A DNA stretch of 24,301 nt, from the UHGV virus genome UHGV-1420800; one strand, written 5' to 3'. Below are positions 7,319 to 18,262 of the stretch, piece after piece (position 1 is the first letter of the stretch; each line of letters opens with the position of its first letter). The translations under genes were made by a program, and so were the position numbers. Source of the DNA: a virus. The notes beneath the pieces were generated by a model. The model was not told the origin of the DNA, did no database searches, and was given only the letters and a program-made list of their open reading frames with translations.

Positions 7319-7452
7319 TAGCGATAATTCTACTCATCATCCTTCACATCTGGCTCTGTAGACAGGGTGGTGATCACTTCTGGAGTGAATCCAGATTAAA
7401 CATCTCATTGCTGATGCTTGAAGTTGAGCATCTGGCGCGCGGTAAGGGGCTG
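7315..7452 (+). CDS. 45-aa hypothetical small membrane protein ([19 protein letters not shown]...)
   Basis: ATG 7315 overlaps the Rz stop (ATGA). It has a hydrophobic N-terminal segment and is below the ORF-track cutoff. There is no other support. Confidence 0.25.
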
Positions 7453-7758
7453 CGTTGAGATAAGAGCCAGTTCATTACAAATCCTATCTACGGGTGGGCT
7501 TGATAATGAAACCGGAGTTAATTTCTGGTCACTAATTAACGGCAGTACAGCGAAACAACCCAAGCCAGTAAGCGGGGAAATAACACTGGCAGCCACTGAA
7601 AGATGAACCTCCTGCCTTATGGCAAAAAAGATTCTTTGTGGTGGCGGACTGATGGAAAGACATCGGATAGAATCAAGCAGTGGCTAGGGTAGTTCCCGAA
7701 AAGCGGACTCGTCACCGCCTGCCACTGAATCTATGGCGAACAACTAGACGAGGTTGTG

Positions 7759-7974
7759 ATGGATGATAACGGAAACCAATGGATCAATGTTGAACACCGG
7801 CTACCAGAAAGCAAAGAAGGGATGTGGTCTAAAGAGGTTATAGCTCTTACTGATACTGGTGACGTGTTCAAACTATCATGTATGGGCTCTTACTGGCAGA
7901 GAACCAAGGCATTCATCGATTCAGGAGCAAGCAAGGTTACACACTGGATGCCGCTTAATTACCCAGATGATTAA
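7759..7974 (+). CDS. DUF551-domain protein
   Basis: The sequence has the W.NVEHRLPE...VIALTD.G...W...VTHWMPL pattern typical of DUF551. ATG 7759 has GAGG 5 nt upstream. Confidence 0.8.
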   Translation: MDDNGNQWINVEHRLPESKEGMWSKEVIALTDTGDVFKLSCMGSYWQRTKAFIDSGASKVTHWMPLNYPDD

Positions 7975-7991
7975 AACGGATGAAAAATGAA

Positions 7992-8016
7992 AGGTCGCTC
8001 AGGCGGCCTTTTTTAT
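7992..8016 (+). terminator. Rho-independent terminator after the DUF551 gene
   Basis: AGGTCGC (7992-7998) pairs with GCGGCCT (8003-8009), giving 7 bp including one G-U pair. The loop is TCAG and TTTTTTATT follows. Confidence 0.75.
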
Positions 8017-8121
8017 TGCCATCACAAAAGCCATTCCCTACAGAGTGGCTTTGATAATGGCTTATACCCTACACGGGATAACTTAACTGATATCCCTTTT
8101 AACGGATAAACTGAGCCAACA

Positions 8122-8364
8122 ATGGCAGAGATTATTCCCATGACTGAAGAACAGAAATTCCAGTTAGAGATTTACAAGCTGGTCATGAACCAGAACGCAG
8201 CCGCAGAAGAAGCATTTCAATTCATTGGCACTGACGAACTGAAGCTTGAGCTATTCAAAATTCACTTCCAGTCAGGCGGCGCTAATTCAGATATCACGAC
8301 CCGCACTATCGAAGCGGTGCGTAAATCGAAGGAAGCGTTAGACCTGTTCACCACCGGAGTGTAA
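8122..8364 (+). CDS. Hypothetical acidic helical protein, 80 aa
   Basis: Clean ATG ORF, tightly packed with the next gene (3-nt gap). It may correspond to P22 'ORF80' by size and position; this is memory only. Confidence 0.6.
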   Translation: MAEIIPMTEEQKFQLEIYKLVMNQNAAAEEAFQFIGTDELKLELFKIHFQSGGANSDITTRTIEAVRKSKEALDLFTTGV

Positions 8365-8367
8365 GAG

Positions 8368-8655
8368 ATGACTGAACAAGAAATGCCGAGATACCAGTGC
8401 CACAAAAAAGTTCGCGCCCTGAAGATTGGCTCTATAGAACATAAGCCAAACCCAGATCAGTCTGGTAAGACTGGCTCTTCTAGTTATGGGGCAATTATTC
8501 ATCCGGATGATAAGAAATACGCAGCATTTGATGTTAGCGCGGAATATATCTGTAAGCACCGACCAATGTCTGGAGGCTATTACGTTGTCTATGAGGATGG
8601 ATATGAATCATATTCTCCTGCTGAGGTATTTGAGTCTGGATATTCAAAATTATAG
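8368..8655 (+). CDS. Hypothetical protein, 95 aa (YQCHKKV...GGYYVVYEDGYESYSPAEVFESGY)
   Basis: ATG ORF with a GGAG-containing upstream sequence. The C-terminal YEDGY.S.SPAE.FE.GY motif recurs in many phage proteins of unknown function. Confidence 0.65.
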   Translation: MTEQEMPRYQCHKKVRALKIGSIEHKPNPDQSGKTGSSSYGAIIHPDDKKYAAFDVSAEYICKHRPMSGGYYVVYEDGYESYSPAEVFESGYSKL

Positions 8656-8664
8656 GAACCCTCT

Positions 8665-8844
8665 ATGACAAGCGTCGTTGATCTTGGTAAGGAGAAGAAA
8701 TTCCCAATTACTCAAGAGCTATACGAGCGGCTTGAAAGCGTCATCCATGATTACGATGGTGAAATCAGTTTATGCGAGGCGATTGGCGCACTCGAATTGC
8801 TGAAGCAGTCACTGATTGAAGGCGCGAAAGAGTCCTTAACCTGA
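8665..8844 (+). CDS. Hypothetical acidic protein, 59 aa
   Basis: ATG 8665 to TGA 8842-8844, encoding MTSVVDLGKEKKFPITQELYERLESVIHDYDGEISLCEAIGALELLKQSLIEGAKESLT. It is below the ORF-track cutoff and fills the gap before terS. Its size and position resemble P22 'ORF59a'; this is memory only. Confidence 0.5.
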   Translation: MTSVVDLGKEKKFPITQELYERLESVIHDYDGEISLCEAIGALELLKQSLIEGAKESLT

Positions 8845-8866
8845 ATAACGATTAAGTGAGATGAAT

Positions 8867-9355
8867 ATGGCAGCACCAAAGGGCAACCGATTTTGGGAGG
8901 CCCGCAGTAGTCATGGGCGAAACCCTAAATTCGAATCGCCTGAGGCGCTGTGGGCTGCTTGTTGTGAATACTTCGAGTGGGTTGAAGCTAACCCGCTATG
9001 GGAGATGAAGGCGTTCTCGTATCAGGGTGAAGTGATACAAGAGCCTATCGCCAAGATGCGAGCGATGACCATTACCGGCCTCACTCTGTTCATTGATGTG
9101 ACGCTTGAAACATGGCGCACATATCGCCTGCGAGAAGATTTATCTGAAGTCGTTACGCGAGCAGAGCAGGTCATCTACGACCAGAAATTCTCTGGCGCAG
9201 CCGCTGACCTTCTCAACGCTAACATCATCGCCCGTGATTTGGGCCTCAAAGAGCAGTCGCAAGTTGAAGACGTGACACCTGATAAGGGAGATCGCGATAA
9301 GCGACGCTCTCGTATCAAGGAGCTATTCAACCGTGGAACTGGACGCGATTCTTGA
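8867..9355 (+). CDS. 3: Terminase small subunit (P22 gp3)
   Basis: 162 aa beginning [48 protein letters not shown], near-identical to P22 gp3 as I remember it. It contains the pac sequence. Confidence 0.93.
   Translation: MAAPKGNRFWEARSSHGRNPKFESPEALWAACCEYFEWVEANPLWEMKAFSYQGEVIQEPIAKMRAMTITGLTLFIDVTLETWRTYRLREDLSEVVTRAEQVIYDQKFSGAAADLLNANIIARDLGLKEQSQVEDVTPDKGDRDKRRSRIKELFNRGTGRDS
9134..9155 (+). promoter_or_regulatory. pac: P22-type pac site (packaging initiation recognition sequence) inside gene 3
   Basis: GAAGATTTATCTGAAGTCGTTA reads at 9134-9155. It matches the 22-bp P22 pac site as I recall it and is at the expected position within gene 3. Confidence 0.65.
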
Positions 9356-10832
9356 TAACCTGAGCGACGAAGAGCAAATCGAATTGCTCGAGCTACTCGA
9401 AGAAGAAGAAAACTACCGGAACACACACCTGCTATATGAATTTACGCCATACAGCAAACAGCGTGAGTTCATCGACGCCGGGCATGACTATCCAGAGCGC
9501 TGCTTTATGGCTGGTAACCAGCTTGGTAAGTCATTTACTGGTGCTGCTGAAGTCGCGTTTCACCTTACCGGGCGTTATCCGGGAACAAAAGGCTATCCGG
9601 CTGATGGTAAATATGGCGGGGAGTGGAAAGGTAAGCGTTTCTATGAGCCTGTTGTCTTCTGGATTGGTGGCGAGACAAACGAGACTGTAACCAAAACGAC
9701 TCAACGCATCCTGTGCGGTCGTATTGAAGAGAATGATGAGCCTGGCTACGGTTCCATACCGAAAGAGGACATCATTAGCTGGAAGAAGTCTCCTTTCTTT
9801 CCGAACCTTGTTGATCATCTTCTGGTTAAGCATCACACGGCTGATGGCGTTGAAGATGGCATTTCAATCTGCTACTTCAAACCATACTCGCAAGGCCGCG
9901 CTCGCTGGCAGGGTGACACAATCCACGGCGTGTGGTTTGACGAAGAGCCACCATACAGCATTTATGGCGAAGGCCTTACCCGTACCAACAAATACGGGCA
10001 ATTCTCAATTCTGACGTTTACCCCGCTGATGGGGATGTCTGACGTTGTTACCAAGTTCCTGAAGAATCCCAGCAAGTCGCAGAAAGTGGTCAACATGACC
10101 ATCTATGACGCTGAGCACTATACCGACGAGCAGAAAGAGCAAATCATCGCATCCTATCCAGAGCATGAGAGAGAGGCTCGAGCTCGAGGTATTCCTACGA
10201 TGGGTAGTGGTCGAATCTTCCAGATACCGGAAGAGACGATTAAGTGTCAGCCGTTCGAGTGTCCTGATCACTTCTACGTAATTGGCGGTATGGATTTCGG
10301 ATGGGATCACCCACAAGCGCAGGTTCAGCTTTGGTGGGATAAGGACGCAGACACAATCTACGTTTCACGCGTGTGGAAGGCGAAAGAAAAAACAGCCGTT
10401 CAGGCATGGGGAGCGGTTAAATCATGGGCGCATAAAGTGCCAACAGCATGGCCTCATGACGGAAACCAGCATGAGAAGGGCGGCGGTGAGCAGCTCAAAG
10501 GGCAGTATGCAGACGCTGGTTTTATGATGTTGCAGGAGCATGCGACATGGCCTGATGGCGGTAATGCTGTGGAGCCTGGCATCACTGAATTGCGCGACAT
10601 GATGCTCGATGGTCGCTTCAAAGTATTCAACACCTGTGAGCCATTCTTTGAGGAGTTCCGCCTCTATCACCGTGATGAAAACGGGAAGATCGTCAAGCTT
10701 AACGACGACGTTCTCTCAGCCGTTCGCTATGCATACATGATGCGCCGCTTCGCAAAAATGATGCGCGACATCAAAAAACCAAAAGAGAAAAAGATACCAG
10801 CCCCAATCAGGCCCATCGCACGGAGAACTTAA
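9333..10832 (+). CDS. 2: Terminase large subunit (P22 gp2)
   Basis: 499 aa with Walker A-like GNQLGKS, WFDEEP (Walker B region) and a C-terminal nuclease domain. The GTG start overlaps gene 3 by 23 nt, as in P22. Confidence 0.93.
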   Translation: MELDAILDNLSDEEQIELLELLEEEENYRNTHLLYEFTPYSKQREFIDAGHDYPERCFMAGNQLGKSFTGAAEVAFHLTGRYPGTKGYPADGKYGGEWKGKRFYEPVVFWIGGETNETVTKTTQRILCGRIEENDEPGYGSIPKEDIISWKKSPFFPNLVDHLLVKHHTADGVEDGISICYFKPYSQGRARWQGDTIHGVWFDEEPPYSIYGEGLTRTNKYGQFSILTFTPLMGMSDVVTKFLKNPSKSQKVVNMTIYDAEHYTDEQKEQIIASYPEHEREARARGIPTMGSGRIFQIPEETIKCQPFECPDHFYVIGGMDFGWDHPQAQVQLWWDKDADTIYVSRVWKAKEKTAVQAWGAVKSWAHKVPTAWPHDGNQHEKGGGEQLKGQYADAGFMMLQEHATWPDGGNAVEPGITELRDMMLDGRFKVFNTCEPFFEEFRLYHRDENGKIVKLNDDVLSAVRYAYMMRRFAKMMRDIKKPKEKKIPAPIRPIARRT

Positions 10833-12998
10833 ATGGCCGACGAAAACAGACTCAATTCCATTCTGTGTAAGTTTGACGCGGACTGGATGGCGAGCGATGA
10901 AGCCAGAACCGAGGCGACAAATGACCTGTATTTTAGCCGAGTGTCGCAATGGGATGACTGGCTATCAAACTACACGACCCTGCAATATCGCGGACAATTC
11001 GATGTTGTTCGCCCGGTGGTCAGGAAACTGGTCGCAGAGATGCGCCGGAACCCTATCGACGTTCTCTTCCGACCAAAAGACGGCGCTAATCCTGATGCTG
11101 CCGATGTGTTGATGGGAATGTATCGTACCGATATGCGCCATAACACGGCAAAGATTGCCGTTAACGTTGGAGTTCGTGAGCAGATAGAGTCCGGCGTTGG
11201 TGCATGGCGTCTGGTCACCCAGTACGAAGACAACGACCCAACAAGCAACAATCAGGTAATCCGACGCCTTCCAATCCATGAAGCCTGCTCACACGTCATA
11301 TGGGACGCCAACAGCAAGCAGATGGATAAGAGCGACGCTAAGCACTGCACGGTGATTAACGCCTTGTCGCGCAATGGCTGGAAAGAGTTCGCAGAGGATT
11401 ACGGTATTGATCCTGACACCCTGCCATCTTTCCAGAATCCGAACGACACATGGCTGTTTCCGTGGGTATCGAATGATGTCGTCTACGTCGCTGAGTATTA
11501 CGAGGTAGAAGAGAAGAAGGAGAAAGTCTTCATCTACCGCGACCCGCTGACAGGTGAGCCGGTCAGCTATTACCAGCAGGATATCAAAGACGTCATCGAC
11601 GACCTGGCTAATCGTGGATTCATTAAGGTAGCAGAGCGCAAGGTGAAGCGTCGGCGTGTGTATAAGTCGATCATCACCTGCACGCAGATACTGAAAGACC
11701 GCGAGAAGATAGCCGGAGAGCATATTCCAATCGTTCCAGTGTATGGCGAATGGTCATTCGCTGGTGACAAGGAGTGCTACGAAGGAGTGGTAAGGCTGAC
11801 GAAAGACGGTCAGCGCCTTCGTAACATGATCATGTCATTCAACGCCGATATTGTTGCTCGTTCACCGAAGAAGAAACCGACCTTCTTCCCAGAGCAAATC
11901 GAAGGCTACGAATACATGTACGGTGGAAATGATGACTATCCGTACTATTTGCAGAACAAGACCGATGAAAACGGTAACGACCTGCCGATTGGTCCAATCT
12001 CCTACATGGAAAACCCTGAAGTGCCGCAAGCCAACGCTTACATGCTTGAGGCTGCCACCAACGCAGTGAAAGAGGTGGCTAGTCTTGGCGTGGATGCGCA
12101 GGCGGCAAACTCTCAGGTCGCTTTCGATACCGTCAATCAACTGAACATGCGGGCAGACCTTGAGACATACGTGTTTCAGGATAACCTGGCTACCGCAATG
12201 CGACGTGATGGCGAGATTTATGCCTCAATGGTCAATGATATTTATGACGTTCCTCGTCATGTAACGCTGACACTTGAAGATGGAAGCGAGAAAGACGTTC
12301 AACTCTATGCGCAAGTTGTCGATTACCAGTCCGGCAATGTGGTCACACTCAACGACATTCGCGGTCGCTATGAGTGCTATACAGACGTCGGACCATCCTT
12401 CCAGAGCATGAAGGAACAGAACCGCGCAGAGATTCAGGAGTTGCTCACCAAGGTTCCGCAAGGTACTCCAGAGTTCCAGATGCTGATGCTGCAATACTTC
12501 ACGCTGCTTGACGGTAAAGGCGTCGAGATGATGCGAGAGTACGCGAACAAGCAACTGGTGATGATGGGGCTGAAGAAACCAGAAACACCTGAAGAGATGG
12601 AGATGGTACAACAGGCGCAACAGCAGCCGCAGCAGCCATCAGCAGAGCAAATTCAGGCGCAGGGTATCCTTCTGCAAGGTCAGGCTGAATTGCTCAAGGC
12701 AGAGAACCAACAGGCGCAGATTCAGGTTGAAGCTGCCAAGGTTGAAGCACAAAACCAACTCAACGCGGCGAAGATTGCGGAAATCTTCAACAATATGGAC
12801 CTCGACAAGCAGGCAGAACTGCGTGAGTACCTCAAGCTCGTAGGTCAATTCCAGCAACAGCGCAGCAAAGATGCTCGTGCTAACGCTGAGCTGCTTCTTA
12901 AAGATGCAGACCAGACTCATTCACAACGCATGGATTTCGCGAATCTTATGCGTCAAGTTCAAATCCCCTCCGGCGGAGTAGCCGAGACACCTCAATAA
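10833..12998 (+). CDS. 1: Portal protein (P22 gp1) with a C-terminal Gln-rich coiled-coil barrel
   Basis: 721 aa in the position after terL, with a long C-terminal helical Q/A/E-rich segment ([10 protein letters not shown]...[16 protein letters not shown]) like the P22 portal barrel. Confidence 0.92.
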   Translation: MADENRLNSILCKFDADWMASDEARTEATNDLYFSRVSQWDDWLSNYTTLQYRGQFDVVRPVVRKLVAEMRRNPIDVLFRPKDGANPDAADVLMGMYRTDMRHNTAKIAVNVGVREQIESGVGAWRLVTQYEDNDPTSNNQVIRRLPIHEACSHVIWDANSKQMDKSDAKHCTVINALSRNGWKEFAEDYGIDPDTLPSFQNPNDTWLFPWVSNDVVYVAEYYEVEEKKEKVFIYRDPLTGEPVSYYQQDIKDVIDDLANRGFIKVAERKVKRRRVYKSIITCTQILKDREKIAGEHIPIVPVYGEWSFAGDKECYEGVVRLTKDGQRLRNMIMSFNADIVARSPKKKPTFFPEQIEGYEYMYGGNDDYPYYLQNKTDENGNDLPIGPISYMENPEVPQANAYMLEAATNAVKEVASLGVDAQAANSQVAFDTVNQLNMRADLETYVFQDNLATAMRRDGEIYASMVNDIYDVPRHVTLTLEDGSEKDVQLYAQVVDYQSGNVVTLNDIRGRYECYTDVGPSFQSMKEQNRAEIQELLTKVPQGTPEFQMLMLQYFTLLDGKGVEMMREYANKQLVMMGLKKPETPEEMEMVQQAQQQPQQPSAEQIQAQGILLQGQAELLKAENQQAQIQVEAAKVEAQNQLNAAKIAEIFNNMDLDKQAELREYLKLVGQFQQQRSKDARANAELLLKDADQTHSQRMDFANLMRQVQIPSGGVAETPQ

Positions 12999-13011
12999 GA
13001 GAGAGTTAATC

Positions 13012-13923
13012 ATGGACCAAACCACCGACATTCAGGCTTCTGAAGAATTAACCCTGCCCGGCAATCATGCAGCGGCATCTGCTGATGGCTTAGTTGTCGA
13101 TAATGCCAACGACAACGCAGGTCAGGAAGAAGGCTTCGAGATTGTCCTGAAAGACGATGAGAAACCAAAACAAGACCCGGCAACTAATGCTGAATTTGCC
13201 CGTCGCCGCATCGAACGCAAACGCCAGCGTGAGCTTGAGCAGCAGATGGAAGCAGTTAAGCGTGGAGAGTTGCCGGATCACCTGCGGGTGAACCCTGAGT
13301 TACCAAAACAACCAGACCCTAACGATTATCTTTCCGAAGATGCACTGGCTAAGTACGACTATGACCAGAGCCGCGCACTGGCTGCCTTCCAGCAGGCAAA
13401 CAGTGAATGGCAGATCAAGGCTATGGACGCACGAAGCCAGGCTGTCGCCGAGCAGGGTCGCAAAACTCAGGAGTTCACCCAGCAATCAGCGCAATACGTC
13501 GAGGCAGCCCGTAAGCACTACGACGCAGCGGAAAAGCTCAATATCCCTGACTATCAGGAGAAAGAGGATGCATTCATGCAACTGGTGCCGCCAGCAGTCG
13601 GTGCCGACATCATGCGCCTCTTCCCGGAGAAATCCGCTGCTCTCATGTATCACCTTGGTGCTAATCCTGAGAAAACACGCCAGTTGCTGGCGATGGACTG
13701 GCAATCCGCGCTGATTGAACTCACTCGACTGTCAGAACGTTTAACTCTCAAGCCTCGAGCCAAGCCTGTTTCAGAAGCCCCGTTACCTGATGAACCCATT
13801 CAGGGACACGCTGTTGCTGCAAATATCTCTGCGATTGAAAAGCAGATGGAAGCGGCAGCAAACAAAGGGGATGTAGAGACATACCGCAAGCTCAAGGCGC
13901 AACTGAATAAAGGAATTCGATAA
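13012..13923 (+). CDS. 8: Scaffolding protein (P22 gp8)
   Basis: 303 aa, highly charged and helical, with the C-terminal coat-binding helix-turn-helix [18 protein letters not shown]. Confidence 0.9.
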   Translation: MDQTTDIQASEELTLPGNHAAASADGLVVDNANDNAGQEEGFEIVLKDDEKPKQDPATNAEFARRRIERKRQRELEQQMEAVKRGELPDHLRVNPELPKQPDPNDYLSEDALAKYDYDQSRALAAFQQANSEWQIKAMDARSQAVAEQGRKTQEFTQQSAQYVEAARKHYDAAEKLNIPDYQEKEDAFMQLVPPAVGADIMRLFPEKSAALMYHLGANPEKTRQLLAMDWQSALIELTRLSERLTLKPRAKPVSEAPLPDEPIQGHAVAANISAIEKQMEAAANKGDVETYRKLKAQLNKGIR

Positions 13924-15218
13924 TGGCATTAAATGAAGGTCAACTGGTCACGTATGCTCTGGATGAAATCATCGAAACCGTCCAGAACCTGACGCCAATG
14001 GCGTCCAAAGTGACAAAATACACCCCTCCGGCAGAATCCATGCAGCGTTCAAGCAACACCGTGTGGATGCCTGTTGAGCAGGAAGCGCCAACCCAGACTG
14101 GCTGGGATTTAACTGGCAACGCAACCGGGATTCTGGAACTCTCCGTGAAATGCAACATGGGCGATCCGGATAACGATTTCTTCGAGCTTCGTGCAGATGA
14201 CCTGCGTGATGAGCGTTCTTACCGTCGCCGCATCCAGGCATCCGCCAAAAAACTGGCGAATAACATTGAGTCAGCGATTGCCAAACAGGCAACTGAAATG
14301 GGCTCGCTTGTTGTTCACGATACCCGCGCAATTGGTCCATCTACTGGCCTGTCTGGCTGGGATTTTGTGTCTGATGCAGAGCGCCTGATGTTCTCCCGTG
14401 AGCTAAACCGCGATATGGGCATCAGTTACTTCCTGAACCCTGACGATTACCGCAAAGCAGGCCGCAACCTGGTAGATGGTGACATCTTTGGGCGCGTTAC
14501 TGAAGAAGCGTATCGCAACGGTACTATTCAGCGTCAGATTGCTGGCTTTGATGAAATTCTTCGCTCACCGAAACTTCCGGCAGTTACCAAGTCAACCGCT
14601 ACTGGTGTAACTGTTTCTGGTGCGCAGAAGTTTAAGCCGCAGGCATACACCCTTGATACCGATGGTAACAAAGAGAACGTCGATAACCGTGTTGCAACGG
14701 TGACCGTATCCTCCACCACCGGATTTAAGCGCGGCGACAAAATCAGCTTCACTGGTGTGAAATTCCTGTCTCAGATGGCGAAGAACGTGCTGACTGATGA
14801 TGCGACTTTCTCAATCACCCGTGTGATCGATGGTACTCACATCGAAATCACGCCGAAGCCGATTGCGCTGGATGACGCGTCACTGACAAAAGAAGAGAAG
14901 GCTTACGCTAACGTAAACACCTCTCTTGCTGATAGCACTCCGGTAAACGTTCTGAACGTGGCAACAACCACCGCTAACGTGTTCTGGGCTGATGACTCAA
15001 TCCGTCTGCTGTCTCAGCCGATCCCGGTAACCCATGAACTGTTTGCTGGCATGAAAACGTCTTCCTTCAGCATTCCTGGTATTGGTGTTAACGGCATCTT
15101 CGCAACGCAGGGTGATATCAACACTCTGTCTGGTAAGTGCCGTATTGCTGTGTGGTATTCAGCATGTGCTGTACGACCAGAGGCAATTGGTGTTGGTCTG
15201 CCTAACCAGACTGCGTGA
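13923..15218 (+). CDS. 5: Major capsid (coat) protein (P22 gp5, HK97 fold with I-domain)
   Basis: 431 aa, [27 protein letters not shown]...GLPNQTA, collinear with P22 gp5 as I remember it. It has a TAATG junction with gene 8. Confidence 0.95.
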   Translation: MALNEGQLVTYALDEIIETVQNLTPMASKVTKYTPPAESMQRSSNTVWMPVEQEAPTQTGWDLTGNATGILELSVKCNMGDPDNDFFELRADDLRDERSYRRRIQASAKKLANNIESAIAKQATEMGSLVVHDTRAIGPSTGLSGWDFVSDAERLMFSRELNRDMGISYFLNPDDYRKAGRNLVDGDIFGRVTEEAYRNGTIQRQIAGFDEILRSPKLPAVTKSTATGVTVSGAQKFKPQAYTLDTDGNKENVDNRVATVTVSSTTGFKRGDKISFTGVKFLSQMAKNVLTDDATFSITRVIDGTHIEITPKPIALDDASLTKEEKAYANVNTSLADSTPVNVLNVATTTANVFWADDSIRLLSQPIPVTHELFAGMKTSSFSIPGIGVNGIFATQGDINTLSGKCRIAVWYSACAVRPEAIGVGLPNQTA

Positions 15219-15225
15219 TAACCAG

Positions 15226-15249
15226 AGGGAGCTTCGGCTCCCTTTTTTA
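15226..15249 (+). terminator. Rho-independent terminator after the coat gene
   Basis: AGGGAGC (15226-15232) pairs with GCTCCCT (15237-15243), with a TTCG tetraloop, followed by TTTTTTAT. Confidence 0.85.
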
Positions 15250-15262
15250 TCTGGAGACAAGC

Positions 15263-15494
<232 letters not shown>

Positions 15495-15517
<23 letters not shown>

Positions 15518-15995
15518 TTTAGTTCTTGCGGCATTACGTAAGCTCGGTGTGGCATCAAATGCCACGTTAACCGATGTCGAACCGCAGTCTATGGAAGACG
15601 GCGTCAACGACCTTGAAATGATGATGGCGGAATGGCTTGGCGGTGATGCGTCACCAGGTATCAACGTTGGCTACATTTTCGCTGATGCAGATGTCGCTCC
15701 AGATCCGGGCGATGAGCACGGTTTATCAAATAACGCTATCAATGCCGTCATTTTCAACCTTGCCTGCCGCATTGCTCCAGATTATGCGCTGGAAGCTTCT
15801 GCAAAACTTATAACCACTGCCAGATACGGGAAAGAGCGACTCGTCAAACTGTCTGCAATGGACAGAGCAAAAGCCGCTAAATGTAAGTCTGGTTATCCAA
15901 ACCGTATGCCTGTTGGTAGCGGTAATCAGTTGGCGAAGTGGAACGGTTGGAATTACTTCCACCGGAAGGAACCTTGCGATAACGGGAGCGAATAA
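15495..15995 (+). CDS. 4: Tail accessory / portal-closure protein (P22 gp4)
   Basis: 166 aa from ATG 15495, [47 protein letters not shown]..., collinear with P22 gp4 at the same length as I remember it. The listed 15402 start adds a repeat-encoded (SQ)6 extension. Confidence 0.88.
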
Positions 15996-17414
15996 ATGCC
16001 GATTCAGCAACTTCCGCTTATGAAAGGTGTCGGCAAAGACTTTCGAAACGCCGACTATATCGACTATCTGCCAGTGAATATGTTGGCTACACCCAAAGAA
16101 ATCCTGAACAGCAGCGGATATCTTCGCTCATTCCCGGGCATTGCCAAACGTTCTGATGTGAACGGCGTATCGCGCGGCGTCGAGTACAACATGGCGCAGA
16201 GTGCTGTTTATCGCGTGTGTGGTGGCAAGCTCTACAAAGGAGAAAGTGAAGTCGGTGATGTTTCCGGAAGTGGTCGTGTATCAATGGCGCATGGTCGGAC
16301 ATCTCAGGCGGTTGGCGTTAACGGGCAACTGGTCGAGTATCGCTATGATGGCACGGTTAAAACCGTCTCAAACTGGCCTACAGACAGCGGATTCACGCAG
16401 TATGAGTTAGGCTCAGTCCGCGACATTACGCGCTTACGTGGGCGTTATGCGTGGTCAAAAGACGGAACTGATTCATGGTTCATCACTGACCTTGAAGACG
16501 AATCGCATCCTGACCGCTACAGCGCACAATATCGTGCAGAATCGCAGCCTGACGGCATCATTGGCATCGGAACATGGCGAGACTTCATCGTCTGTTTTGG
16601 TTCATCGACGATTGAGTATTTTTCCCTGACGGGTGCAACCACCGTTGGTGCTGCTTTGTATGTCGCACAGCCATCTCTTATGGTGCAGAAAGGCATTGCC
16701 GGAACTTACTGCAAAACGCCATTCGCTGATTCTTATGCGTTCATCAGCAATCCGGCAACGGGTGCACCGTCTGTATACATCATTGGCTCCGGGCAGGTGT
16801 CACCAATCGCCAGCGCGAGCATTGAGAAAATCCTCCGCTCCTACACTGCTAATGAACTGGCTGATGGTGTAATGGAATCGCTGCGATTTGATGCGCATGA
16901 GCTTCTGATTATCCATCTTCCGCGTCACGTCCTTGTGTACGACGCATCTTCAAGCGCCAATGGTCCTCAATGGTGTGTGCTGAAAACAGGGCTGTATGAC
17001 GATGTGTACCGCGCTATCGACTTCATTTACGAAGGCAATCAGATAACGTGCGGCGATAAGCTGGAATCGGTTACCGGCAAATTGCAGTTCGATATCAGCA
17101 GCCAGTACGACAAGCAACAGGAACACCTGCTGTTTACTCCACTGTTCAAAGCGGATAACGCCAGAGTGTTCGACCTTGAGGTTGAATCGTCAACTGGCGT
17201 TGCGCAGTACGCCGACCGCCTGTTCCTCTCTGCAACCACTGACGGCATAAATTACGGTCGTGAGCAGATGATTGAGCAGAATGAACCATTCGTTTACGAC
17301 AAACGCGTTTTGTGGAAGAAAGTAGGGCGCATCAGGAAAAACATTGGTTTCAAATTGCGCGTTATCACGAAGTCACCTGTCACTCTGTCTGGCGCTCAGA
17401 TAAGGATTGAGTAA
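15996..17414 (+). CDS. 10: Tail accessory protein (P22 gp10)
   Basis: 472 aa, the same length and position as P22 gp10, and contiguous with gp4 (TAA then ATG). Confidence 0.88.
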   Translation: MPIQQLPLMKGVGKDFRNADYIDYLPVNMLATPKEILNSSGYLRSFPGIAKRSDVNGVSRGVEYNMAQSAVYRVCGGKLYKGESEVGDVSGSGRVSMAHGRTSQAVGVNGQLVEYRYDGTVKTVSNWPTDSGFTQYELGSVRDITRLRGRYAWSKDGTDSWFITDLEDESHPDRYSAQYRAESQPDGIIGIGTWRDFIVCFGSSTIEYFSLTGATTVGAALYVAQPSLMVQKGIAGTYCKTPFADSYAFISNPATGAPSVYIIGSGQVSPIASASIEKILRSYTANELADGVMESLRFDAHELLIIHLPRHVLVYDASSSANGPQWCVLKTGLYDDVYRAIDFIYEGNQITCGDKLESVTGKLQFDISSQYDKQQEHLLFTPLFKADNARVFDLEVESSTGVAQYADRLFLSATTDGINYGREQMIEQNEPFVYDKRVLWKKVGRIRKNIGFKLRVITKSPVTLSGAQIRIE

Positions 17415-18262
17415 TGGCGGATTCGAATCTCAATGTGCCGGTAATCATCCAAGCTACGCGGCTCGATACATCAGTCCTTCCACGCAATATCTTCTCGCAG
17501 TCGTATCTGCTTTACGTTATCGCACAGGGCACTGATGTTGGTAACGTGGCTAACAAGGCCAACGAGGCCGGACAGGGCGCTTATGACGCACAAGTCAGGA
17601 ACGATGAGCAGGATGTGATTCTCGCTGACCATGAGCAGCGAATTTCTGCTGCGGAAGCAACGCTTGTTAATCATGAGGAGCGAATCAGCCAGGCAGAATC
17701 AACTCTTCAGGAACATGAAACACGAATAGCTCAGAATGAAAGCGATATTGCGTCTCTTGATACCAGAGTTCAGTCGCTCGAATCGCAGGTTTCAGACCAT
17801 GAAACGCGCATCGATGCTCTGGAGTATGCCACTACTCGCAAAAAGTCAGAGGTTGTTTACTCTGGCGTATCTGTAACCATCCCGACAGCGCCGACCAACC
17901 TTGTTAGCCTGCTGAAAACGCTCACTCCGTCATCCGGCACGTTGGCACCGTTCTTCGACACCGTTAACAACAAGATGGTTGTGTTCAACGAGAACAAAAC
18001 CTTGTTCTTCAAGCTGTCGATCGTCGGGACGTGGCCCAGCGGAACCGCCAACAGGTCAATGCAGCTAACCTTTTCCGGCTCTGTTCCTGACACACTGGTA
18101 AGCAGTCGCAACTCGGCGACAACAACCGATAACATCTTGTTAGCTATGTTCTTCAGCGTGGATAAAGACGGCTTTCTTGCCACAAATGGCAGCACGTTAA
18201 CCATTCAGTCAAATGGTGCGGCGTTTACTGCCACAACCATCAAGATAATCGCGGAGCAGTAA
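17414..18262 (+). CDS. 26: Tail needle / plug protein (P22 gp26 family) with a C-terminal knob domain (Sf6-like long form)
   Basis: The N-terminus [43 protein letters not shown] matches the gp26 gp10-binding tip. It is followed by a trimeric coiled-coil repeat region and a ~140-aa beta-rich C-terminal domain absent from 233-aa P22 gp26. Confidence 0.88.
   Translation: MADSNLNVPVIIQATRLDTSVLPRNIFSQSYLLYVIAQGTDVGNVANKANEAGQGAYDAQVRNDEQDVILADHEQRISAAEATLVNHEERISQAESTLQEHETRIAQNESDIASLDTRVQSLESQVSDHETRIDALEYATTRKKSEVVYSGVSVTIPTAPTNLVSLLKTLTPSSGTLAPFFDTVNNKMVVFNENKTLFFKLSIVGTWPSGTANRSMQLTFSGSVPDTLVSSRNSATTTDNILLAMFFSVDKDGFLATNGSTLTIQSNGAAFTATTIKIIAEQ

Noticed and set aside
7649-7668. A hammerhead-like string, CUGAUGG-AAAGA-CAUCGG.
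   Set aside because: The core is CUGAUGG, not CUGAUGA. I could assemble no three-stem junction or cleavage-site context. It is more simply a 4-bp hairpin (GATG/CATC).
10965-12920. Several 90-144-aa minus-strand ORFs and short + strand alternative-frame ORFs within the portal gene.
   Set aside because: They are shadow ORFs of a long, well-supported CDS. They have no start context and their translations are low-complexity.
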